A DNA stretch of 61,664 nt, filler included, from Asterionella formosa (lineage: Eukaryota): NCBI GenBank assembly GCA_002256025.1. It is 12 parts of 12 records of this genome, joined end to end, with 100 filler letters (N's around TTAATTAATTAA, not from the genome) between each part and the next. Parts side by side here need not be neighbours in the genome. Positions count along the whole stretch, not along the records: positions 1 to 5,058 come from NKIB01013237.1; positions 5,159 to 10,216 come from NKIB01013238.1; positions 10,317 to 15,369 come from NKIB01013239.1; 9 more parts are not named here. The stretch is one strand, 5' to 3'. Positions 1-12,222 of the stretch are shown piece after piece; position 1 is the stretch's first letter; every line of letters starts with the position of its first letter. The notes beneath the pieces were generated by a model. It was not told the DNA's origin, made no database searches, and worked only from the letters and a program-made list of their open reading frames with translations. The position numbers were made by a program, and so were the translations under genes.

Positions 1-327
1 AGCTCTGTGTCACTCTCCACTTCTTTGCCTAACTCCGGTTTCACTGTGTATAGCCGAGTTAGGCAACATTCGGCAAACCAATCCTGTTTGTGATTGGAAA
101 TGCCTTTCATACTACTTGGACCATATATGCAGGGCGGGATGTTTGATTCTCTTTTGGGACCAGAAAAAAGCACATTAGATTAAAATTCTGTTTAACAGCA
201 GTACCTGCAATTCACGAAGTATAACATCAAACTTACATGTTCACAGCAAAACTTCTTGTTCTTGATGGATCAGTTCAATCTCAGCTAAGCGAGAAAAACG
301 TTCTGATAAGGCTTCTGAAATTGAAGA

Positions 328-404
328 GTCTTGATAACCTTGTATGGACAAGCAAGTTTTGAACCGTCTTGATAACCTTGTATGGACAAGCAAGTCTTGA
401 ACCG
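328..404 (+). repeat. 38-bp tandem duplication (2 copies)
   Basis: gtcttgataaccttgtatggacaagcaagt(t/c)ttgaacc starts at 328 and 366, with one mismatch. Confidence 0.9.
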
Positions 405-916
405 AATTACGACCTTTGTAGTGATTGAGTTCATCGACCAATTGATAATATCCTTTGGCAAATGCAAAATGTTTTTCCCTCAGCTTTTCATGTACTTGTT
501 GGTCCGTGCAATTAGAAAATTTATGATATAGTACCATGTCGTCCATCTGCATCCGGGAGTTATTAATGGTATCATCGACAGGAGCCATTTTCCTTGTATC
601 AATAACTGAAGTAGAAATGTCATCATTGCTGTCAGTATCAATTACGGGATCCTTTGTACTAGTAGCTGATGGTGTATCCATCGATGATGGGGTATTATCC
701 CCACTAACTCCCTGTCGCCCATTGGGTTGCTTTGGATAATCGCCTATTCGCTATTTCTTTGTTAACTCATTTTGGAACTTGCTTCTTTGTTCAATACCAG
801 CAGTATTTGCCACATGTCGCTTGTTTCCATGAACCTCTTTATGGTTTCTTGAAGACATTGTACTACTTGATAACTGTTGTCGTCGTCTTCCTTAAAGTTC
901 GATGATCTTAAATTCA

Positions 917-1400
917 TTTACTGTCCCCCTGCAGTAGCAGCAGTCATAGACATATGGTGTTCTGTTGCTCGCTTATTACTCCGACAATTGGTTTTTAGTT
1001 TTATGATCATACGATACTAAAACTATGATAATTTACTGTCCTGCTGCAGTAGCAGCAGTAATAGACATATGGTGTTCTATTGCTTGCTTATTACACCGAC
1101 CATTGGTTTTTAGTTTTACGATCATACGATCCTAAAACTAAGATGATTTACTGTTCCAATGCAGTAGCAACAGTCCTGAACATATGTTGTTCTATTGGTT
1201 TTTATTTTTACGATCATACAATCCTAAAACTATGATGATTTACTGTGCCACTGCAGTAGCAACAGTCCTGAACATATGGTGTTCTATTGGTTTTTAGTTT
1301 TCAGATCATACGATCCTAAAACTATGATGATTTACTTTCCCACTGCAGTAGCAACAGTCCTGAGCATATGGTGTTCTGCTGCTAGTTTACTACTCCGACT
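917..1400 (+). repeat. Minisatellite, 5 units (115, 115, 92, 92 bp and a partial unit)
   Basis: Units begin tttact...tgcagtagca at 917, 1032, 1147, 1239 and 1331. The 92-bp units lack a 23-bp segment. Confidence 0.9.
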
Positions 1401-3701
1401 ACCCCCAGTAAATCAGTTACTACCTGCTACTTGTACTCTGTGTATATATATAAATATATTGTTATTGTCGCTCATATTATGTACCGGTACACATGAAGAG
1501 CTCCCGCCCAAAAATGGTGCTTAAACAATTTGCTACCAAAACCCTGGTGGTTATGACTTACACCAATTGAATAGTCTAAATAATTTGTGACAACGGAAGT
1601 AGAAAATATCGATGCAAACAAATTTCAGAAATAATTCCGGTACACGTAGTCGTGGAAAACAATGGACATATAGTGCATTGAGTAATTTCGAATTATGTAT
1701 ATGCGAGTATGATCATCTCAACCATAACAGATGTTCCATATCGAGAGCGCCTTTGAATTTTACACTTCATATATATATATATATTTACAATTTTTTTTCC
1801 TATATTCATGGCATACATATTTTTTTGAAATCGTTCTGTCATGTTAACAAACAATGCCTGCTGCTTCATGAAAAGATGAAACGTCGTAGTAAAGCACATG
1901 ACAAGAAAAAAAGTTTACGCAATACATAACGAAAAACATTGTGGCTTCGACACATTGCACCTTCGAAGGATGGAGAATGTTTAAAAGGTAATGAAGCCAT
2001 CAATGTGGTACTTGGATGACAATCGTTGGGAGGCAGGCAGCACAACAACAAATTGTTAACTAAACGCACATTTCCTTTTTTCTCAGTTGATTCAACAGTT
2101 CGATTCGCTTGTTGGGGAGCACCAATGTAAAACAAAACCAAAATGCGTAAGTGTTCTTGTCGCTCGTTGGACCTATTCACTTCTGTTGGAACAAAACTAA
2201 CAAAATGTTTATATTCTCTCAAAGTTAAGATGACAAAAATGAACCGGTAAGTTTTATTCGACAACATTGGATACCCGAAACTTACTTATTCAAGAATTTA
2301 CTGACAAGTTACTATTACAGGCAGGCTTATGCATCAGTTGCATTGATTTATGGTAAGTGAAGCAAGAGGATACGATGGAATTGCGTATTCTTGTGTCAAT
2401 GTAACATGACTAGCTAACAAACCATTCCTTCTCATTGTTACTGTAACTGCATGCATATGAAAATAAAACCAATCAAACAACGGAATAGCCGGCGAGTTCA
2501 CAATGACACTAGCAGCAGGGAGAGAGACACAACATTAGTAAGGCATTGCTTGGCACAAGCTTGGCACAAGATTCAGAAAAGAGGAAGAAAAGGGTGAGAC
2601 AGGAACAATATACATCGAGCCGAGTAGAGAGAGAAACGTTGGGTCGCTGGCATGTAGATTAATAGATAGCATTGCTTAATTTTATAGTTTTATTACGATC
2701 CATTTCAATCTATTTTGAACAATGCTTGTGATTAGAATTATGATCATGTTAATGATAGATTAACGATGAAACAATTCACATGATAGCATAGAGTTGAGCT
2801 GGTTTTAGGATACGTTGTAGATATATTTTACATCGGGCGATCACGAGAAGTGAAAATAATATGAGAAGAATTATGATATTGATGGGAAATGTTGTTGATC
2901 ACTTTATATACATTGTGTGATGATAATGATCTTATTATCATTATACTTCAAGGTCGGTAAAATATTAATAAATCATCATAGTTACAAGATACCTTGATCC
3001 AAAAATTGTCATATATACGAAAATCCTGTGCCACTTAGCGTACGATACCCTTGATCCTATATGCATGATACTTTATATTTGCATACGCCCTTCGGTACAG
3101 CAGCCAGGCCATCCTGTTGGAAGCCTGTCTTGTCAAACCCTTGCCTCTGAAACTTCGGAAACCCACCCAGGCCACCCTGCACAACATTTGCCCTACTGGC
3201 AAATCTAGATTTAACGGTTCCCCGAAGGGTCCCAGTAAATAGCCGTTACCACCATACGAAACAATGGTATAGGAGTGAATGACTAGTCTAGGCGGCAAAT
3301 GCCGCCATAAATTTCCATATACACCTATATCGATATACATTTACGAAACTCCTTCTGTGTGAGCACTGATACTGGTGTATATATTGTGTGAGTTTGTTTC
3401 ATCTACCGGTATTGTTGTTGTACAGCAGGTACCGAAATGTTGTACAGATATTTTTGTAAGTAAACATACGTAGACATTTGATGATTTGAATTTAAATCAT
3501 GTCCATCGTTGGGATACCTAATACCAGGTACCAGTGCCGTATGAATGTTGCACTGATATTTTTGTAAGAAAGCGTGCGTACCGTATACGATTGATTTGAA
3601 TATAAATCATGTCAATCACAGGGATAGGGTGAAGATGAGGGAGTGGCTGAGAGTACCAGTACCGGTACCAGGTGAAGTATCTAACTAGAAGTAGTAGTAT
3701 T

Positions 3702-3874
3702 TGTTGAATATATGAGCTTATTAATTAATCCTTATGTACAACTCATTTCCTGAACTGACATCAAAGTATAGAATGGGTGTTAGTCGAGTTTTCTCATTAT
3801 TGAATTCCGATATATTTGATATAACCCTAACCCTATACACATCTGCATCGATGTGCAGGATTGCTCACTCTCCC
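3702..3874 (-). mobile_element. Probable polypurine tract (3874-3868) and start of the Gypsy 3' LTR (TG at 3867); distal end uncertain
   Basis: The minus strand reads GGGAGAG|TGAGCAATCC about 20 nt after the integrase stop. Candidate LTR ends are ...TCAACA at 3702 or ...TGCTCA at 3360. Confidence 0.45.
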
Positions 3875-3893
3875 ACACTTGAGGGAAAAACTT

Positions 3894-5058
3894 TTACCTA
3901 TGAAAAGGTTTGATACGACGAATATTAATTCGTTCTGTAATGTGCATAGTGCGTTGAAAAGTATCTGTACCATTGGCATGTACTTGAATAATAGTATAAG
4001 GACCTCGTCCACGATCATCCAAAGTAGTAGGATTATCCAATAATATTAAAATCTTGTCACCCACTTTGTAATCATAAGATTGACGACGGTAATTAGCACG
4101 ACGTAAACGTTCGTCAATTATCACTTGTCGACGTTGATATATTAATTGTAAATCTGTAATCAAAGGAATATTTAAGATCATGATATCACGTTGAAAAACC
4201 CATGCTCCTGGTGAAATACGTAATATACTATGAATAGTAGCTCGAGCTGCATATGACGCAGCTGCAAAACATGTATCCACAATATTTTGGGCTTGAAATT
4301 CATTGATTGGAGGATGAGCCTTTAACATAACTCGTAGACTATTGCTGATAGATTGATGTAAACGTTCACAGATAGCATTTGCTTGTGGATTCTTTACTGT
4401 AGTCGTCACATCTTTGATTCCATTCAATACTAACATGTGTAAGAAAGGAATACCAGTAAATTCACCTCCATTGTCATGTATACAACGTTCTGGACGGGGA
4501 TATCTGGCTAACCAATCATTTTCAAATTTCATTGCAATATATTCTGATGTTTTATTGGTGATACGTGAAATTTTTGCTAAATTGGTGACTGTGTCAATAC
4601 CAGTAAATTCACCTCCATTGTCATGTATACAACGTTCTGGACGGGGATATCTGGCTAAAAAATCATTTTCAAATTTCATTGCAATATATTCTGATGTTTT
4701 ATTGGTGATACGTGAAATTTTTGCTAAAATTGGTGACTGTGTCAATACAAGTTAGAGCACGAAATTCAATCGTTGGAGTAGCCACTGTTATCTTCCATGG
4801 ACCAATTAGATCTACTGCGACTTCTGACCATGGTAATAATAATGCATTCTTGGGTGGAAGTTCACCAAAACCAGTACCAGGTAATTTTGTACGTTGACAT
4901 GCTTCACATACTCTTACAATATGTTCCACTCTTGCTTTTAATGTAGGGTGATAAAAATGTGTAGCAATTGTAGCATTTAATCTTGTCATACCCACATGAG
5001 CTAATATCTGATGATACCAATTAATAATAGGATCCAATAATGATGTAGGAATAGCAAT
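3894..5058 (-). pseudogene. Ty3/Gypsy LTR retrotransposon integrase (H2C2 zinc finger + rve core), frameshifted, 5'-truncated by contig end
   Basis: WYHQILAHVG...CEACQ (HHCC), VAVDLIGP, IHDNGGEF, NPQANAICERLH (D,D,E) and the GPY motif RGRGPYTIIQVH. The integrase is the last domain. There is a +1 A near 4727 and an internal 147-bp duplication. Confidence 0.9.
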
Positions 5059-5158
5059 NNNNNNNNNNNNNNNNNNNNNNNNNNNNNNNNNNNNNNNNNN
5101 NNTTAATTAATTAANNNNNNNNNNNNNNNNNNNNNNNNNNNNNNNNNNNNNNNNNNNN
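5059..5158. other. Artificial contig linker N44-TTAATTAATTAA-N44 (first of 11)
   Basis: The same 100-nt linker recurs at 10217, 15370, 20526, 25671, 30819, 35967, 41108, 46249, 51389 and 56528. TTAATTAATTAA gives stop codons in all six frames. Confidence 0.97.
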
Positions 5159-5559
5159 TGTCTCTGCTTCTAGCCTTCCTGCTAGATAGACTAATTGACC
5201 TTCCTGTCAATTAACACACTGTTTCCTCGGTTGATAATCTAAATCTCAAATTAAATTATAAGCTAAACTAAATGTTTCCTTTCCATGCATCTTTGCTTCC
5301 TGCAAAGTCATTCTAAGACTCTCTTCGAGTTTCCACTTAACATTTCCATAGAAATCTTCAATCTCTGATCTCGTTAGACAGCTGATTGACGTGGCAATGC
5401 AATATTCGACTCGTTCGATTACAATCGAGTCCACAATCCTTGTGACTCGGGCTAATATTCTTGACAGTACCCATCAGTTCAGTTCTACCGGACAAAGTGC
5501 CAGGATTCTGTGTACCTCCACCGGACAATCGTCCGGTATTTGAGAAAATGATCGAACTG

Positions 5560-6250
5560 TTGTTCATCAAGATGAACACGGTGAAGCTAGTAATAACTGT
5601 GATTGGCCCCTGGATTTCAGGAATATTGCATTGAACAGAATCAGCAATTCTTTGTTCAGGACTTAAACAGAGCAGATACACCTTCTTAAGCTTTGTTAGC
5701 CATCCAACCTTGTCACACACTTCTGTAAATTTTTCCAACACATTGTGGTATTTTGATATAGGTACCTGAACACCACACACTGTTTAACCAGACTTCCAGA
5801 TCATGTCGATTTCAGGAAAATTGAAAAGTTTTGGGTTACATACATTCCATCCATTGCCATGATTTTTACTTTTGGTAAATCATTTGAGGGAAAGGTTGCA
5901 ATGAGATTGTATTCATCCAAAGACAAAAAACTCTCCAAACTAACATTTACATTGAGTGAAAAGCGATTCATCGCAATGAGCTCAAAAATCCAACCATGAC
6001 CATGTGCATCATTTCTCAATGTCCTTCCAAAAGAAAATGCGATAGCCTACTAACCCCAAAGGATGCAAAGGCTTCAATTTATAAGCCTCCTCATCGTCAT
6101 CAAAAATTAATACTTCTTTCATAAAACACTCCATCTTCTGGTTCCATCAAAACACAACAAACAGCAGATTCTGTGATACAATCAAACTCCTCTTTTCGTT
6201 TCTTGTCCCTCAAATTTTTTAGAGAACATAGAATTGAGGGCAATTCATGC
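5560..6250 (-). pseudogene. Decayed Crinkler/RHS-type C-terminal restriction-endonuclease-like domain
   Basis: Joining frames gives HGWIFE...MYV/..NFPEIDMIWKSG*TVCGVQVPISKYH, which resembles the YxPxxxNFPxxD...QxTxxxxH motif of CRN nuclease domains. Stops and frameshifts are present. Confidence 0.5.
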
Positions 6251-6258
6251 CCTTCATA

Positions 6259-6820
6259 TTAGTCAATAGAAAACCTGAACGAGATCAGATTCCTCACTTG
6301 CAAGGGGACCCCACCAGTCACCTCCTCAATTGCCTCTTCTAATGACTGCGACAAGTCGAAACTATTGTCATAATCAGGTTGATAACTGTCATTCTCATCG
6401 TTGCTGTTGCTTTCTTTTTCATATTCACTTTCATTCTCCCAAGCATCCATGATCTGTGCAATTTCTTCTGGTCGTCGGATCTTCATCAGTTGACTTGGAG
6501 TGTCATTCAGGTTGCGCTTTGCTGATTGCAGTTCATGTTCATCCAACCGATTCTGTGCTTTCAACAATTGCAGTTTATACACTCTATATTTATGTATATC
6601 ACACAACAAAAAATGTTCCAAATGAACTGCGAGCTGAGCAGCATCAGATCCATTGATGATTCCATTTGTTGCATTAGCTTCCCAAAGATTGACCCTGAGT
6701 CGACACAACATCTTTGGGATGTACCGTCGCTTTCCCTCTGATGCTCTTTTTATGGAAACCAGAGAAGATAATAAGGTCCACAATAATCTCGCCTTGACAT
6801 CATGTATACTGAGGGTCGAT
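6259..6820 (-). pseudogene. Repeated unknown ORF interrupted by the Copia LTR
   Basis: The frame is open from the LTR edge (STLSIHDVKARLLWTLL...). A homologous copy lies at 20374-20462. Confidence 0.5.
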
Positions 6821-7087
6821 TGTTGGAGAAAATATTTTAGGAAAGAAAATCCCGGTATAAATTACCTACTACATATTGAATCGAATGAATCAAGAAAGAA
6901 TATGGTACCAGAGAATTCGAAAAAAATCTACACCAACAGTAAAAACCCATAATTCTATTAAAACTCTTAGGAACGATTACAATCGATCACGGAGACATCG
7001 TTGTTATATCTACAGCCTATTTTGGTCCCTGACGTGTCCTTACAGGATACAAGAAAGCATAGAGTGCTTCGGGACGCAATTTTAACA
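6821..7087 (+). mobile_element. 5' LTR of a Ty1/Copia element (267 bp)
   Basis: TGTT...AACA termini, 133 bp upstream of the gag ATG. The left edge coincides with loss of homology to the uninterrupted copy at 20374. Confidence 0.7.
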
Positions 7088-7220
7088 GTTTTAATAGAAT
7101 TAGCCGGCCAGGAAGAGCCGTGATACCACAATCAACAACAAGCGGACAATTGAGAGTCCGGAGACAAGATCTGAGGGTACCAGACCATCCAGAGTCTGAA
7201 GAAGTCGCACAGGGCGCATC

Positions 7221-10216
7221 ATGAGTGGCAAAGGAAAGTTTACCAAGAAGGCTCAAGCCAAGGGCAAGTTTCAAGCCAAGGGAGGGAGCAATATTGCTTC
7301 TCACTCAATCAAGAAGTCAGTCAATGACTATTACTACTACCTCGGATCATTGAAGCAGGCATCTGACTATGAGACTACTACTGAGTACCTCATCAATCAT
7401 ATCAAGAAAGTGTTCGACAATGGCAACGACATAGGAACCGCGCTTGAGTTATTAGAACCAATCAACACATGAGCATGGCAACAACAGAAGAAGATCGTGC
7501 TGCAAAGAATCGGCAATTTGAGATCGAGGTTATGGCTGACTATGACACCTACAGTAAAAGGGTACAGGCCTACGAAAATAATAATACCAAGGCGTATGCA
7601 TTGCTCTGGGAAAGATGCAACAAAGCCATGAAGAACAAGATTGAAGCAAGATCCGATTACAATAGGATCAAAAATAACCCAATAACATTGCTTATGGCAA
7701 TTAAAGAACACGCATTAAATTTTCAAGAGAATCGATATTCAATGTCGATCATTTTAGATGCAATGAGAACGCTTTTGTTCACAAAGCAAAAAGAAGGAGA
7801 AAGTCTACAAGACTACACCAAGAGATTTTGTGTGGCACGAGATGTGCTCAAGTCACACATGGGAGGACCCATTATCCTCACCAAGTTCGTTGAAGCCATG
7901 GAAGGATACAATGAGAATGACATCAAGCAACAAGATAAATTTCGTGAACAAGCTTTCAGTCAATTTATGGCATATTTATATCTCAATAATGCCGATAAAG
8001 CCAAATACGGTTCAATTATGACCGGGCTGAACACTCAACAATCACTCGGCAATGATCAATACCCAAAGACCATCACCGAATCAAATAATGTTCTCAGCAA
8101 CCATCGGTTTGATGTAACAAATAAATCCATCTACAAGAAACCAGGAGATAATGATAAAGAGAGGAAACAAAAGGATGCAGGCAGGGAAGACGAAGACGTG
8201 AACTTATCGTTCGCACAGTTAGAAGGAAAATGTTACTGCTGCGGAAAAGCAGGTCACAAATCTCCTTCGTGCCAAGACAAGAATAAACCCAAAGAGGAAT
8301 GGGCTATCAACAAGGCCCAAAGCCATGCACAGGCACAGGCTAATACATCCGACACAAGTACAGTTACCTCTGTTAATTCCAACAACCCGCCGTCATCACA
8401 AGCTTCACAACAAGCAAATGCCAATCAATTTGGATGGACGGGAGCTCATATGAAACTACAATTTTACCAAGCATCCGAGATGCATGACTGGATACTATTG
8501 GATAATCAATCAAGTGTCACAGTCTTTTGCAACCCAAAAATGGTTAATAACATTCGAATGTCAACCAACGGAAGCATGCACCTGGCCACAAATGGTGGAT
8601 CCATGGTAACTAATATGAAGGCTGATCTTCCAGAATGGGGAGAAGTATGGTTTAATGAAAAGGCAATCACAAACATCTTCAGTTATGCCGAAATGGCAGA
8701 TAGGTACAGAATTACCTACAACTCTGAGAAAGAAGATGCATTCATTGTTCATTTGCCAGACAAAACAGTTCGATTTGAAAGAATTGGGATGAACTTATAT
8801 GTTTTCAAGCCAACTACAAGAATTAGAGCGGCGAATGCTCAAATGTTAAATACACTTGAAGAAAACAAAACATTTTACATTGAACGTCAATTTCAGAGAG
8901 CTAAGCGAGCTCGTGATCTATTTCATGCCTTGGGTACACCATCAATTAATGATTTCAAGGCAATAATTTGTATGAATACGATCAACAATAATCCAGTGAC
9001 TACCGATAAAATCAAAATTGCAGAGAAAATTTTTGGACCTGACATTGGAACACTAAAAGGCAAGACAACTCGTCGCAAGCCGCTGCCAGTCGTGAACGAC
9101 TACATCGAGATTCCTAAGGAGCTTATTCAAGCTCAACGCGAAGTGATTCTTTGCATGGATGGAATGAAAGTCAATGGACAATCATTTCTCACAACAATTT
9201 CTCGAAACATTATGTATAGTACAGCGCAATGGGTCAAGAATCAGACAGCTGAAGTCTATCGAGATGCTTTGATTCAAGTATTCCGTGTTTATAATACCGG
9301 AGGATTTAAAATTACAACAATGCACTGTGACAACGAGTTTCGACCTTTGATGGAACAAATTTCCAATGAATTTCAAGTCACTATGAACTACGCAAACCCA
9401 CAAGAACATGTTCCCGAAGCGGAGCGAAATAATCAAGTGATTAAAGAACACGTGCGCGCAGCTTATCATCGATTACCTTTCAAACATTTGCCGCGACTGA
9501 TGATTAAGACTCTAGTGACAGAATCTGCAAGGAAACTGAATTTCTTTCCGGCAAAGAACGGGATATCCCCGTATTACAGTCCTCCTATGATTCTACATCA
9601 ACGAAACCTGGACTATGCTTGACATTGCCAGTATACGACATTTGGCACTTATGTCCAAGCACATGAAGAACCTGTGTTTTCAAACACTAATGCACCTCGC
9701 AGCCTAGATTGCATTTTTCTACGCTACAATGACAATGTGCAAGGAGGTCATGAATTGTTACACCTACCTACAAATTCATTGATCACTAGACGAACAATTA
9801 CTCCTCTACCACTTACCCCAGCAATCATGAATCAAGTACACGCCCTTGCTGTACAGGAGAATATGCCAGATGGTCTCAAGATATCAAATCGAACAGGACA
9901 ACTATTTTATGATAGTGCTTGGATTGCAGGAGTGGATTATGATAACGAAGCATTTGAAGATGCACAAGATGAAGATTATGAAGATCAAGATGCTAGTGAC
10001 AACGAAAGCAATGATGAAATTCTCGGAGAAGAAGACTATGACGAAATGACTCCGGATGAAATATATGAAGCAGAACAGCTCGAATTAAACGACAATACTC
10101 AAGAGGATGACCCTGAACCTGACGAGGGCAACAATGAGAATAATACTGAAATGAATGCAGATGAAATCCAAGATGAGGATGAAGAACCAGTAAATGAAAC
10201 TGAAAATGAAGAGGCA
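7221..10216 (+). pseudogene. Ty1/Copia gag-pol (gag, CCHC knuckle, protease, integrase); RT/RNaseH cut off by contig end
   Basis: CYCCGKAGHKSPSC knuckle, WILLDNQS protease, and integrase CMDGM..MHCDNEF..HVPEAERNN directly after the protease (Copia order). Frameshift near 7470 and an in-frame TGA at 9620-9622. Confidence 0.92.
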
Positions 10217-11679
10217 NNNNNNNNNNNNNNNNNNNNNNNNNNNNNNNNNNNNNNNNNNNNTTAATTAATTAANNNNNNNNNNNNNNNNNNNNNNNNNNNN
10301 NNNNNNNNNNNNNNNNACAGCGGCTACAGGCAATGACTACTGCACCGCAACCGCTTCACTCGCAATACTAATCACGCACCTTGTTCACCCACAATTCAAT
10401 ATGTTCTCCTTTCTTATACGTATGAGTCGATGTCCCTGCTGACACAAGGCCAAGCAGAGTACTGACAAGAAAAAGGCGAGTAGTCATGATGATGAATCGC
10501 ATCGTCCTTGACGCTTGTCGTTCTTGGAATGATGTTGGTTGCCGCTGCCCTTTACTTTTTGGCTAATGGAAAAGCAATACAAGCAATAATTAAATATGAA
10601 AAAATAAAATAATTTATTCATAGAAACTAGAAAATGACATTTTCACAATGGGAGACAAGGACCGGTACGGTAACAAGTCCAGAGAAAAAGTATACCGGTA
10701 GACACTCTCAGTCCACATATTACTATTATTATATTCGCACCAGTAGTAATTGCTGTAGACTGTGTGAAATATGTACCCGGTACATTCATTTCACTTTGCT
10801 TACCGGTATTACAATGCCTGGTACTGGTATCCTGCTATGTTAGACTATATATATGCATGTGAAAACGATACATGTACTGTATGTAATGCTGACGACGTAT
10901 TTAAATATAATTAGTCAATGTATACCGGTATATAGCAACAAATTTAGATATTTAGCTTGAATGATTTTTGACAAAATGATCACGGATACTTACAACGAGG
11001 TTTCGTACCAGACCGCACCACCACAGCCATATTTTCCAGTCTGAAATGGGTACCAGTAGTCCCAGTTACCGTTATACTGCTGCAACTGGATCAGAAGTAC
11101 GAGGTCTACTAGCATGTATGTATCGGTATAGGGCAGATATATACCGGTAGTAATTTTTTTGCCATGATGGGTAGAGGTCTCGTTAGAGGTCCTGCTCCTC
11201 AGTGGCTCCTCTGTGTGTGTGTGTGTGTGTACTAGATACCAGGTACCAGGTACTATGAATGTGTTGTGTGTCGTGTGTACTATGTAATACGGAATGAGTT
11301 TTTTATCACATGATTCTTTCCGGCTATATACCTGTAGGCTGAATTCAGTCAAATAGACAGTCTGGGATTTCAATTCCTTGTCCCTACCGGTAGCTCAATT
11401 CATTTGATATTTCAATGCTGAAAAGTTCATCTACCAGTATATCTAAAGAAAATGATTTCTTCTGGAAGGTCTGGTAATCAGCGAATTGGGCGCACTATAT
11501 ACTAAAAATTCCAAGTAGCAGTTTCAACCTACTGGTACTTCATTGGAAGTCTGTCCGGCTCACCAATTCCGAAATGATGAAAATCTCAAATTATTTCAAT
11601 TTATTTAGATTACCTCACACCGTTACAAACTTTCAAACAGAAAAGCGAAGCCACTTTTCACCGCATAATCGCTGTCTAG

Positions 11680-12222
11680 CAACTTCAACTTGCTTGCTGA
11701 CCGTGGTGGACTTCTTGTTGCTAACTGCTGACTTGATTTTCTGAAAATTTTAAATGTTCGCTGACTGCTGACTTCGTTTGCTGACTGCTAACTTCAACAT
11801 GCTGACGTAAAACAAGCCACTTTGTACATAGGAAGAGACCAACTACCATTACTGGTGTACGAATCGTGTCTACTTTTCATATTAGAATAATGATGGAAAC
11901 GCATCATCGTTTTGTTGTTGGGATACTAAAAGCGATGCCTTCTACGTTCATACTATACTATCGGGAGTAACATAGACGTACCTGGTACCTGGTACTCCGT
12001 ACATAATAATAAACTGTGAAATCGACATTGATGCCTAAAAAAATTCATTGCTATCTACTAGTACTTCGTGATATTGCTACCACCATGTACCGGTACTATC
12101 GTAAAAATGCTGACTTCAACTTGCTAACTACTGACTGCTGACTTGATTCGCTGAAAATTTGAAAAAATCGCTGACTTCTTTTGCTGACTGCTGACATGAA
12201 ATCGCTGACTGCTGACTTCAAG
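11680..12222 (+). repeat. Two homologous clusters of GCTGACT heptamer repeats (~11680-11808 and ~12108-12222)
   Basis: Repeated gctgact/gctaact, with a shared layout ctgctgacttgatt..ctgaaaattt..aa..tcgctgact. Confidence 0.75.

Noticed and set aside
241..681. 146-aa ORF as a gene
   Set aside because: No recognisable domain, and it contains a 38-bp frame-changing duplication, so it is probably a relic.
917..1400. CRISPR-like array
   Set aside because: Whole units are homologous, with no unique spacers and no cas genes, in a eukaryotic context.
2436..2721. Possible solo LTR (TGTT...AACA)
   Set aside because: No matching target-site duplication or second copy was seen.
3822..3834. TAACCCTAACCCT telomere-like seed (also near 42030)
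   Set aside because: Only about two units and internal, which is compatible with chance.
5103..5114. TTAATTAATTAA every ~5.1 kb as a periodic biological site
   Set aside because: It is always centred in exactly 44+44 N, so it is an assembly linker.
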